Origin: Asterias rubens
Lineage: Eukaryota
Direction: 5' to 3'
Assembly (NCBI RefSeq): GCF_902459465.1
Contig: NC_047079.1
Coordinates: forward strand, 7,564,001 to 7,628,000
Length of the DNA stretch: 64,000 nt
Within the stretch, counting starts at the first letter, position 1; the number at the start of each line of letters is the position of its first letter. The position numbers were made by a program, and so were the translations under genes. Below are positions 35,416 to 51,169 of this stretch, piece after piece. The notes under the pieces are model-generated. The model was not told where the DNA came from, made no database searches, and saw only the letters and a list, made by a program, of their open reading frames with translations.

Positions 35416-37386
35416 TACACACGATACTCGGATTGTGAATAGGTAAATCACAGAAACGAAGAGTACAACTTCAACTCTAGCAACATTTCAACATCACTGA
35501 TGAGAACATCCCACAACTCAACAACAGTGGTGTATCTTGAGGGTGCATTACGCAGGGTGCCCCGCCAACTCTTCCAAGTGAAAACTAATATTTAACTAAT
35601 TTAGCCCTTGTATAAGAAATTCTAAAAGGTCTGGAAAAAATGTTTACACTTTTACTGGTGGAGATGGGAATAAGACAGAGGGTGTATTTAATAAGACAAC
35701 CTCTAAGCAACACTCTGAAATATGGCTCACAGTTAAAGGGGCTGAGTCGTTGTTATCATATCAGTCCTGAAGCAGTATATGGAACTATGAACTTTAACCC
35801 AGTTACTACACATGCACTTACGCTGGACATCCCATCACAAAGGACACGATCATCACCATACTGTGATTTTAAAATCCAGTGTGGCGCACACGCGCACTAA
35901 CAGGGTCAAAGGTAAAAATTCCATGGACAGCCACAGGCCTACTAACAATGATGTTGGTCTCCCTCCCTTTAAGGCAAAGATAAAGTGGTTGATTTACAGA
36001 AATTATATTGTTCACTTTTTACAAATATTGTGTTTTGATTATAATTTATTTAAATATACCAATCACAATGATGAAATAATTCTCTACAAACAAGTTGACA
36101 TAAGTAGATTATTAGTTTCCATTATTATTCACTCTAAAATAACAAACAATTGGAAAGAATTACAGCGGTACATAATATACAGGTTTGGTTTGCTGAACAC
36201 AGTGCTGGTAGAAACACCTTATGGATTAATGTGATTTGTTAGATGGTTTTATAGAAGCTATACAAGAGCTGTGAAAGCTGGATGAGAGCAGACTTATGCT
36301 GTGTCCGACTTATCAGCTACGGCTTTGACTAAGGAAGTCCCATGCTTCAATGCATCGTGATACAACGATTAAGCCGTATACAAAGCCATAGCTGCCAATT
36401 CAGACACAGTCTTAAAGGGTCAAATCCACCAGTCTTAGAAATTGAACCATGCTCAGAGTTAACATTATTCCTCCACCAAGCAAAGCCTTGTATCTTTCAC
36501 ACTTTGCCCTTTAACCTTTAACCTTTAACATGACCTATTTATTTACTCCTGAAGACAATGGGATGGCCATATATCTCACTTGTCCCACACAGGGTTACAG
36601 CGCTGGCCAAACAAATCAGGAAATATGAACTTATTTCCAAATGTTGTTACCGTGTAAACAATACTTAACAATAACACCCCTGACAAGGATTCTACCTTTT
36701 GATTGGTTTAGAGTGCATCACATGATATGTCTTAAACGCCAGCAAACATTGATCTAAACCAGTAGCAAACAATGTACTTTACCCATAACAACCAAAGTGC
36801 TATAACCATAGCAACAGTAGTTTCTTGGTACCTAAGCATCTAGGAACAATACTTTGGGGATGTTATCAGACAATATTGACCGTATTGCTTTTGCTGTGGT
36901 TAAATCTATGACTCGGTTTTAACCATACATGTATAACTAAAAGCAGTTACTATTTGTATAAAACACAACAGTGTATGAGTGCAAAGATGCAAACAAACTT
37001 TAGAAGTAACCATGGCATTGTTTGTGTGTATTTACAGTTTAAGAAAGCTGTTCTCATAATGACCGTAATGCATGTGCCACAAGAGCGTATTAAATAGTAA
37101 ACATTGCAATTAAAAAAATGCTCAATAAAACATTCAGATAGACTTGAAACCCACCACCGTAAAATTACACCTATTAAATGCCCTAAAGAGAAAGAAAGTG
37201 TGGTATTCAGATATTAAATGCCCATAAATCTCATTCGCCTGACACAGGGGTACAGTGCTGGCCAGAAAAATCAGAAATATGGACACAAATAAACCTGCAT
37301 AACCCTTAGCTTTAAACTCTGTCTCAACGCACACACACCGGCAAGACTACCTCCATCTTGGGCATCTCTTTATGCCGGAAATAAAC

Positions 37387-37702
37387 TTTTCCTCCGAGGC
37401 CAGGAGGGGCTGATTTCACAGAGCTAAGATAAATCTTAAGTGAGAATCAATCTTGATTGCTAAGCAAAATGGGATGGCACAAAACAGATCACTATGGTGA
37501 TATTGACAACACATCTTAAGATGAATCTTGGTGCTGAGTGATTTAATAATCTCTGGGCTTAGTTCTTACTTAAGCGTTCAAATTCATCCTAAAAGATAAG
37601 TTGTCAATACCACCATAGTGATTTGTTTTGCGACATCACACTTTGCTCAGCAAAGATTGATTCACAGTTAAGATCAATCTTAGCTCTTTGTGAAATCAAT
37701 TC
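37387..37702. mobile_element. Harbinger-like MITE (GATTTCACA family, longer variant)
   Basis: GGGGCTGATTTCACAGAGCTAAGAT ... ATCTTAGCTCTTTGTGAAATCAATTC-CAG. Confidence 0.65.
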
Positions 37703-37869
37703 CAGTCCTGATACTTCACAGAGTCAACAGAGGCAATTGCCACCCTGCCCTTGGTCGTTGCCTTCCTGCCCCTTGAAATGTTCCATTAGAAATGAACATT
37801 TCCCTCTTAGAGGTGCCCTGTGGGGCATGTGAGACATTTCAAAGGGCACCAAGACAGGACTCGGGGCAT

Positions 37870-38096
37870 GGGTGCTATTCACAACGCGCAGCGCACATCC
37901 ACACACGTCTCCTGTCCGCCTTTTTGTGTGTCAAAACATGCACACAAGGAATGGACTGCCCAAAAAAGGCAGAAATCGTAGATGCGTATTGTTCGGAGGT
38001 ACATAAAAACGTGTACCTTTTGTGCACGTTTTTGACACACAAAATGGCAGACAGGAGACACGCAGGTATGCGCGCTGTGAATGTGAATAGGGTCTT
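37870..38096. mobile_element. Fold-back MITE with about 80-bp imperfect arms
   Basis: GCTATTCACA...GTCTCCTGTCCGCCTTTTTGTGTGTCAAAAC versus GTTTTTGACACACAAAATGGCAGACAGGAGAC...TGTGAATAGG. Confidence 0.7.
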
Positions 38097-38656
38097 AATA
38101 CCTTTAAGCTGATAAGCAGAAAACATTGCTTAGCAAATACGTAACAGAATACCAGTCTTGTTAAAACATAAATGTTATGGTTTGGCTGGTAATCACTTCT
38201 GCTTAGCATAATTTATCTGTGCTCAGCAGATTATTGCTCTTCTCACTTGTGAAAGCCTCCTGTTTGGTTAATGCATTAACTGATATGACTAAATGACAAT
38301 GGTATGACAGGTGCTACTAACAACTACACCATGCAAGACATGTTATGTGATGTTATAAAGCGAGACATGCGGCAAGAACAAAAGCACAGTTTGAGTTGCA
38401 ACGCTAAGAAAACTCTATTACTGTACCTTATGACACAAGAAGAGTCGATGGATCCATTGGAAAGTTTTGAGAAGTAGTAACCGTCTCAGGCACAGAAGTC
38501 AAAAGACAAGTTCCAAATAACACATGCACGTTCTTCTCTGTATTGCCAAACTTACTTAGTCATCTTGCTTGCCTAGGGGCTTTATGAGAACAGTTGCTGG
38601 TGTCTTTTTATGTATGGAATTATGAATTTAATGTAGTGAGGCTTGTGGTGACACCT

Positions 38657-39543
38657 TGTACATGAGTAGGATTTGAAACTTTGCATGGCGGAAATACAAT
38701 CAAGTAAGGTTTGCAGTAACACCATGTACATGAGTAGGATTTGAAACTTTGCATGGCGGAGATACAATCTAGTAAGGTTTGCAGTAACACTATGTACATG
38801 AGTAGGATTTTAAACTTAGCATGGTGGAGATACAATCTAGTAAGGTTTGCAGTAACACCATGTACATGAGTAGGATTTGAAACTTAGCATGGTGGAGATA
38901 CAATCTAGTAAGGTTTGCAGTAACACCATGTACATGAGTAGGATTTGAAACTTAGCATGGTGGAGATACAATCTAGTAAGGTTTGCAGTAACACCATGTA
39001 CATGAGTAGGATTTGAAACTTTGCATGGTGGAGATACAATCTAGTAAGGTTTGCAGTAACACTATGTACATGAGTAGGATTTGAAACTTTGCATGGCGGA
39101 GATACAATCTAGTAAGGTTTGCAGTAACACTATGTACATGAGTAGGATTTGAAACTTAGCATGGTGGAGATACAATCTAGTAAGGTTTGCAGTAACACCA
39201 TGTACATGAGTAGGATTTGAAACTTAGCATGGTGGAGATACAATCTAGTAAGGTTTGCAGTAACACCATGTACATGAGTAGGATTTGAAACTTTGCATGG
39301 TGGAGATACAATCTAGTAAGGTTTGCAGTAACACTATGTACATGAGTAGGATTTGAAACTTAGCATGGTGGAGATACAATCTAGTAAGGTTTGCAGTAAC
39401 ACTATGTACATGAGTAGGATTTGATTCTTTGCATGGTGGAGATACAATCTAGTAAGGTTTGCAGTAACAACATGTACATGAGTAGGATTTGATACTTTGC
39501 ATGGTGGAGATACAATCTAGTAAGGTTTGCAGTAACACTATGT
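38657..39543. repeat. 68-bp minisatellite, 13 units
   Basis: TGTACATGAGTAGGATTTGAAACTT(A/T)GCATGGTGGAGATACAATCTAGTAAGGTTTGCAGTAACAC(C/T)A, starting every 68 bp from 38657 to 39473. Confidence 0.95.
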
Positions 39544-39922
39544 TTATCAAATTTCTCATACAAGTTTTGTTGTGGTTCTAAAAAGAGCTGTTGGTGTCAC
39601 AACTTAATAAATGTATTGATATGCTCTGATTATTTGAGAAGACATAAAAGAGCATTCTAATCAAAATGTTGAGTTTTACATCAAACGTTCTTTTCCGAAC
39701 CACAACTTATGAGAGATTTCATGAACATTGTGTTAATACAGTCCCCCAAACTCATTTCTGCTTTGTGTTTCTATGTATTGCTGTCATTGTATAACAAGTT
39801 CAAGAAAGAGATATTTGGCCAGTCCAAGTGACCTTGTTATAACGAGAGTCGACTGTAGCGTCAAATCCTACTTATAAGCGAAACCCTTTGTATATATATG
39901 GAGTCGGAGAACGAGTGGCCTG

Positions 39923-40040
39923 GGGTCAATTTCACAAAGAGCTAGGAGTTATACAAATTGCATGGATAGTCCTAAGTTAGGACGAGTAACTGGTCCTAAC
40001 TCGAGATAAGACTAGTCCTAACTCTTTATGCATTCCACCC
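39923..40040. mobile_element. Harbinger-like MITE with CTG TSD, family of 9006-9151
   Basis: CTG-GGGTCAATTTCACAAAGAG ... CTCTTTATGCATTCCACCC-CTG with the internal TAGTCCTAAGTTAGGACGAG block. Confidence 0.7.
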
Positions 40041-40367
40041 CTGGTCGGATACTTGTTTAATGTGTTTAATGAGACTGGATAGTCTGGGACATAGACTAAT
40101 GTTCCTACCTATCCTGTGGTCAGGCAGATATCCGAATTGGCGGCTACAGCTGTTGCTAAGGGTGTTGTTAAGCACGGACCATACTTCAACGCATGACGTT
40201 GGGGTAACCTAGCCATAGCCGTAGCCATAGCCGCTGATTCGGATAAGGCCTAAGGGTCACTGATAACCAGTTGGCTTTCAAACAAAGACATGCTCATTGT
40301 TACAGTACAGTCACATGCAAAATTTTAATAACATAAACATAACAACACTTAGGGCTGAACTAAACAG

Positions 40368-40559
40368 GGCCCAATTGCATAAATCCTGTAAACACAAAAA
40401 CTTTCTAAGCACAGAAAATGTTTGCTTAACAGAAACAGGTTACCAGCCAAAATGAATTTAAGTTTATATTGCAGTAACTGGTGCCCGCTCATTTTTTTTG
40501 CTTAGCAAAGAAATTTGTCAAGCTGTATTTTCTGCTTAACAGCTTTATGAATCTGGGCC
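40368..40559. mobile_element. Harbinger-like MITE with CAG TSD
   Basis: CAG-GGCCCAATTGCATAAA ... TTTATGAATCTGGGCC-CAG. Confidence 0.75.
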
Positions 40560-42374
40560 CAGGCAGTTGGAACTAAAATATACAACAAAATATCGATGAT
40601 GGATAACACTAATGGGGTGTGTGATTCGATTCGGTGCATTCATTGAAAAAATGGAAATGGTTCTAAATCAGAGACTTTAGGTTTTTTTAACGTTCAATTT
40701 AACGTTTTTGAAGTTATGGTTATTTCAAATGATTTTACTGGAGTTCTTTTTTATTGTGTATCAATCTTACAAATGTTTATTTTGAAACTGACCGATAAGA
40801 CCTCAATATACAGATAAAGGTTAAGGGCTACTTAATCTAAAGTATCAATAAAATACTTTGGATTTGTTTCACATTTTTATCTTTTCTAAATTTGCCCTCT
40901 TCATGATTTGTCCTTTCTGTTTTTCGTTTCCTTTTTGTTTTGTTGGGGGAAACATTTTTTAACCAACTAAAAAAAAATTCTTATGCAAAGGGTCAATTTC
41001 ATTGAAAGAATGGTCATGATTGTTACAAATGGAGCAGCTACAAAAATATGAATTTAATGATATTATTACATGGACCAAAATAAAATGCAAGCGATGTCTT
41101 AACAAATGATATATAATACATTTTTGCTCTTTTGTTTTGGGGGCGAGGTTTTTTGAGAGGCGTTGAGTTTTTACCTCATTTTGATAATGAGTTCACCGAG
41201 TTGGATACCACTGGAAAATTCTTCTAAAGACTAAGTTTTCTTATATCCTTTTTTTTAAGGGAAGGGGGGGGGGGGAGGCATTGGGTACAGGCTACATTTA
41301 CTGTCTATGTTAGCTTATTACGTATCATGCAAACATGCTTGGGTAAATCATAAAAGCTTCACCTTTGCAACACACTCTGACCTTGTCGCGAAGACCCAAA
41401 GATAAATTACGGTTTGCAGACCGACCAAAAAAGAACATTGTTTCTGGTCAGGAGCGACCACAATGGTATGGATTTGTTTCCCCTATAGCATGGATACCAA
41501 AGCACTTGGAATTTGAGGACAATCCTTAACATTGACTGGTACTCAGTCAAAAGGAATTACTGGTAACTTATCCACGATTATTGCTCAAACATGTCCTGAT
41601 AGGGGACTTGCTTAAGTCTACTGTACAGCGCAGTAGTAGGATAATGATTCTTGGCATAGACTTGCTCAAGTCTACTCAGCAGTGCCTTTGGTCATGGTGA
41701 TGACAGCACATGTTGCGAATGTATGCCAGGGTTCTTAGCATAGACTTGCATAAGTCTCTGTACAGTGTGTTTGATGGTGGCAATTACCTTAGATGTTTAG
41801 CAAAAGACTTGCGGAAGTCTTTTGTCCTGTGTATGACTGATTAGTGATGGTGGCAAGCTAGCCAATCAAGATGGTTGTTTATTATGAATTGATGGATAGA
41901 TGTTTGGAATAATTGCCTTCATGAGAGAAACAGTTGGAATGAAACACTTGATCAGACTTGTGAACATAAGTAGATTATGCGGCGCAACTCCTACCTAGCT
42001 ATGACCTTATGACCTTTATGACCTTAATTTAAATTAGTGTGTGTGGATGTCAAGCAATTATAAGGTGTACAACAAAGTTGGATTGAACGGTGGTGGGTTT
42101 CAAGATTTAAACATCTACCATTGAACAATTCTTGGCATCATTTCTTAAAAGAAAACAAGAAAATTATGCAAGAATTATTTCCCAACCAGAGAAAGAGTTT
42201 AACACTGACTTCTTCGGTAGGATTAGAGACAAAAACTGTCCACAAAAAGAACAATAAGGGGAACAAGATTAAGCTACATAATGAAAGTACAAACTGTTGG
42301 GACTGGAAACGCTGACTGGTGCGATATTTCTATTCTTCATTCTCTCTCCCTCTCTTCTGGAAGGCTTGTCGACG

Positions 42375-46483
<4,109 letters not shown>

Positions 46484-46862
46484 TTAAATAATTTTACATT
46501 TTTTAAATCCTTATTATTTTTTTATGATTTTAATCAATTTCAATTTTAGTTAAAACCACTTAAGTCTTAATACTTTTCTGCTTGTATAAGTTGTAGCAAT
46601 TTAATTAAAATGCTTGTCATACATCAAACATACCAATCAAATTAAATTAATAACTAATCTGGTTTTCAGTTTGATTAAACTTTCTTAATCTAATTCTAAT
46701 TCTTTCTTAACTTACAATTTTTTACAAAATACATGTAATTTATTAAAGGATAAAAATAAATAAATAAAATGAATCATGACATAAAACAAAATTAAAAAGT
46801 GGCGACAGGATACGGAATCGTTAAATTATTTCTTCTAATTTTCACGCCTAAAAAGAGACTAA

Positions 46863-46989
46863 GGCCGTGTCCGAAACGGCGACTTCGGCTACAGCTACGG
46901 CTAGATCGCGCGCGTCTGCCTATTCTTCAACACTGGTAGACGCGCTGATCTAGACGTAGCTGTAGCCGAAGTCGTCGTTGGACACGGCC
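46863..46989. mobile_element. Harbinger/Tourist-like hairpin MITE with TAA TSD
   Basis: TAA-GGCCGTGTCCGAAACGGCGACTTCGGCTACAGCTACGGCTAGATC ... GATCTAGACGTAGCTGTAGCCGAAGTCGTCGTTGGACACGGCC-TAA. Older relatives near 36295-36415 and 40127-40250. Confidence 0.8.
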
Positions 46990-49900
46990 TAATTGGTCAT
47001 TTTAGCACCTCCTCCCCGCCCCTCTTTGTGTATGTAGTTTATTCATGTCCGTTAACTGGACAACTGCATAGGATAGCGTACGCGATGAAGGGACGGCCCA
47101 GAAAAAAATTAAGTATTCAGGGGCACATTCTAGCCAGAAAACCCACCGTATTCACTCTTAATTTTCAGTCTAAATGAAATCCTACTTAATCGAATATAAC
47201 TCACACATGTTTCTTGACCATTTAAGGCAATATTACAGAAAAATTCGAAATTATTCAATAAAATATGAACCCACCTTTCTCTGTGTATGGACATTATTCT
47301 CAGAGCGCCCGGAAATGATAATGTGGGCGGGCTGTACTGTTTTATTGTCGCCAACAGAGGGCGTACTTCATAAGCGACCAATTCGGGTTTAATAAAGTGT
47401 TCTAGGTTATGAAAAAGACACACCATCAAACAGTAACAAAAACTACACAGCTAAAAAGCAAAAGGTTTTGTCGATATTTGTCTAAAGTTTCCAACATTAT
47501 AAACGATTTTCATATGTTTTAATGATTAAAAAAAACCGAAACTTTCAGTCAGAATGCATTGCATAACAAAATGGTTTGCTGTTAAAAAAATAATAATTTG
47601 GTAATAATTACATATTTTAAAATTAATTTCTGGAATAATCAAAATCAGAGACCCAATACACTTAATTGCAAAAGTAGCGTCGCACAACCCTAACTTTCAT
47701 ACCATCCCCCACCCTTGCAATACCTTTGGAGAACAATATCCCCGCAAGCAACTTCAGGACAGGTACATGTACGTATAGGCATAGAGTATAGGCTTTCTGA
47801 TCTTCCCTTTTATGTTTCCTTTAAAACTAATACCGAGTCTTGGGGGGGGGGGTGGGGTGAGGGGGGCGCGGTACAGTAGTCTAGACAAACAATACAAGCC
47901 AATCGGCTGTAGCCTCTTTTATATATATATATTTTTTTTGCGCCAAAACCATGACGATTAATATCAATAATTTCGGGAGCCGAAAAGAGGTTGTCATCAT
48001 TATCTGCCTTATGTGTGGTGGGGGTTTTGTGTAGTAGAGAGCAGCAAATTAAACCATGTTATAATCGGTGGTGCGACCGGATAACGTACTCATTATGACA
48101 TCATCTACACAAACAAAATAGTAGTTCACCGAAACTGAATACAAATTTACGATAACACAAAACTATAACATTTTATCATGATTTGTGTCAAACATCAACC
48201 CTCAAATTTATTTATTTTATTGTATTAAGCACAAGTCTGTTTAATTAACGTAGTCTTTTAAACATATTTACACGCGGATGGATATTTGTATGCTAATGAG
48301 GTAATGTTTATTCATGATAACTGTACGCCTGCATAATAAACGCAAACCTCGTGTTTATGTGTGTGCTGCCCATGCATCCGATCCATGTGTATTTCGTGTA
48401 CGTGTGTGTTCTCTTGTTTTGATGTGTTATGGCGGTATGAATCGAACTCTGCTTTCGGATGGAAAAGGCACGCTGGACCCATTAAATAACCACGTTTTCC
48501 CAGTGTGCTACTCAAGTTGGTAAGACAATTTTTTAAATTCCTTAAACATAGCGTAACAATGAATGTTTTAAGTTGTGTAGATTTTGCTGGTAATGGTGGC
48601 AACTTGACAATCTTTCTTGAAAACTACACCAAGTCCAAGGGTGCTAGTGGGCCAACAGTCCCACAACACGTTACCAAAACGTTTTGGTGTGGGGGTGGGC
48701 GTCCATTGCCCATTGAGACCTCTTGCATTCCTGGGTCTCTAACTCTATGGTAGGATAGCGTGGCCAGTCATTTCCAGACTACGTTACGAATAACAAGTCG
48801 TAATTTTTTCCTGAAATTGTAGCCTTTGCATTGTCATTTTGAACAGTTTGGTAAGCAAAATACATTTCTTTGTTTTGCAGGGAGAGAGGGTGATGCAATT
48901 TAGGTTTTATAAATTGGGATTCCCCAGTTTTTATTACACTGACTGACTGCTCGCGCGCAGAGTGGTTCGATGCTGGCTGGCGTGGTGCGGGAACTCTTGG
49001 GATGTAGTGAGTGTTATTGGATATAAATAACTGGAATTCTGTGTTCTTTACAATGATCTTAAATACTCTAACTGTCATGTATTGTTAAGGTATTCCTTTT
49101 GTGTTTTGTGATGTCGAGTTGCTGTGGTATTCCAACCGTTATTGTTTTCTGCACGCTGTCATCAGTCTGCGGTTTAGGTGTCGTTTGTTGTGTACACACA
49201 CTGGTGGTGGCCTTGGTTTAGTGTGAACTTTGTTGTCTTCCGGGGTCATCATTCTATGATCTTTTGCAAACATTTTCATTGTTGTAGTAAATCTACTCTA
49301 GTGCCAGTGGGGTGAACTTGAGGTGCCTTTTCATTAATGAAAACACAAAGCTGAGCCACACTGTGCAGTTCATGAGGAAGATATGGCATAGCCAATTTTG
49401 AAGCGACAACTTTAATTTTGAAGTAAAAAAAAAAAATTATCGTTGAAAAACTTGAATAAGTGTGGAGGTACATAGTGTGGAGGTTAATAGCGGAGGTAGC
49501 TACCATCTGAGTAGATTTAGGTTTAAATTAACAACTGAGATTATAAACTGCAAACTTAGTGTAAATGAGAAGGAAAAAACCCATTGATTATTAATGGTGC
49601 ACGTCTCTATAAAAAGTGTCAATATTAGTGATAGATAATTAGGTATTATTATTTTGTTTCAATACTTTATAAAATTGGTAAGGTCATTTTATTTAAAAAC
49701 AAAACAGTCCAGTTTGGGACTTCCATTTAATCCATGTTAGCTTTTTAGATTAAACAGTGGTAGCCCCCACCCCCAAAGGCACAAAGAAGCGGCTCGATAC
49801 ATTGTACATGAACAAACAAGAAATCCTGAAAGTCTGATTACGCCATTTCTTAGGGAATACAGTCCCAAAACTTAAATTTGCCAAAGCGAAGGATTTAGAA

Positions 49901-50438
49901 GGACTGGTGCTTAATGTAGACCCAAACAGCAAGTGCTTATAAATCACAGGTTCACAGGTTCAGGAATATGTATCTGTTTTCAAGTCTAAACAATTTGATT
50001 TGGAGTGTCATAATCCTAACAACAATCCTAGCCAAACTGCCTAGTCTGTAGCTAAACAAAGACCCAAAATACAAGATCATTACTGATAATGGCTAAAATG
50101 TAGGCTAGTTCTTGAAAAAAAGGTTAAAAAGACTATATGCATTTTTAGACTCAAAAGTTATACAGTTTTACTTGAAGGTACATAGTTAGTAGAAAGAAAA
50201 AAAAATTATTTTGTTTTTTTCATCTGTCATCGTTTTTCCCTAAAGCAAACCACTGTTGGATTGTGGCCAAGAAGTTTGCACGCAAGCCCCATATTGATCA
50301 TCCCTGTGTAATAACCACATATAGAGGCTCGTACAGTCCGTCCTGCCTGCTCTTTATTCCAGAAACAAAACTAAACCTTCTAACTCAGTACTGTCCTGCC
50401 TGGTTTATTTACATTGTCAGTTATTGACACTTTTTATT

Positions 50439-51169
50439 TTAAAGGCACAGGACACGTTTGGTTATTGTCAAAGACAAGTCATTTCATGTGGTGTATACCA
50501 ACAGAAGCATAAAATAACATCTGAAAATTAGGACTCAATTGGTCATCGAAGTTGCTAGAGAATAGTGAACGAAAAAACACCCTTGTTGCACAAGCTGTGT
50601 GCTTTCAGATGCCTTAAAAAGTCTTCATGCCTGAAGTCTTTTAATATTTGAGTGAGAAATTATATAGTACCTTGTTCTTAAAATCTTTGTTACTTAAAAG
50701 ACAATGGACACTATTGGTAATTGTCAAAGACCAGCCTTCTCCTACATGTATGCATAAAATAACAAACCTGTGAAAATTTGAGCTCAATTGGTCGTCGGAG
50801 TTGCGAGATAACTATGAAAGAAAAAACGCTCTTGTCACACTAAGTTGTGTGCCTTCAGATGCTTGATTTTGAGACCTTGAATTCGTGGAAAATAACTTCT
50901 TTCTCGAAAAACTACGTCACTTCAGAGCGGAGCCGTTTCTTACAATGTACTCTTACTACCAACAGCTCCCCAGTCCCCATTACTCGATACCAAGTGAGGT
51001 TTTATGCTAATAATTATTTTGAGTAATTACCAATAGTGTCCACTGCCTTTAAGAGGAGTCATTTCTCACAATGTTTTATAAATATAAATGTCTCTCCATT
51101 GCTCGTTACAAAGTAATTTTTATGCTAACAACTATTTTGAGTAAATATCAATAGTGTCAATGCCTTTAA
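50439..51169. mobile_element. Nested pair of Kolobok-like non-autonomous elements (inner copy 50698-51048)
   Basis: Outer TTAA-AGGCACAGGACAC ... GTGTCAATGCCT-TTAA. Inner TTAA-AAGACAATGGACACTATTGGTAATT ... AATTACCAATAGTGTCCACTGCCT-TTAA. Confidence 0.75.

Noticed and set aside
39825-39860. CAGTCGACTCTCGTTATAAC-type ends (also at about 43942) as an intact Tc1/pogo transposon
   Set aside because: Only isolated terminal fragments; no partner TIR at a plausible distance and no transposase.
42002-42024. Three TGACCT nuclear-receptor half-sites (DR2/DR3 spacing)
   Set aside because: TGACCT(T) runs recur in unrelated introns here (about 45455, 53755) and look like a common low-complexity motif; no other support.
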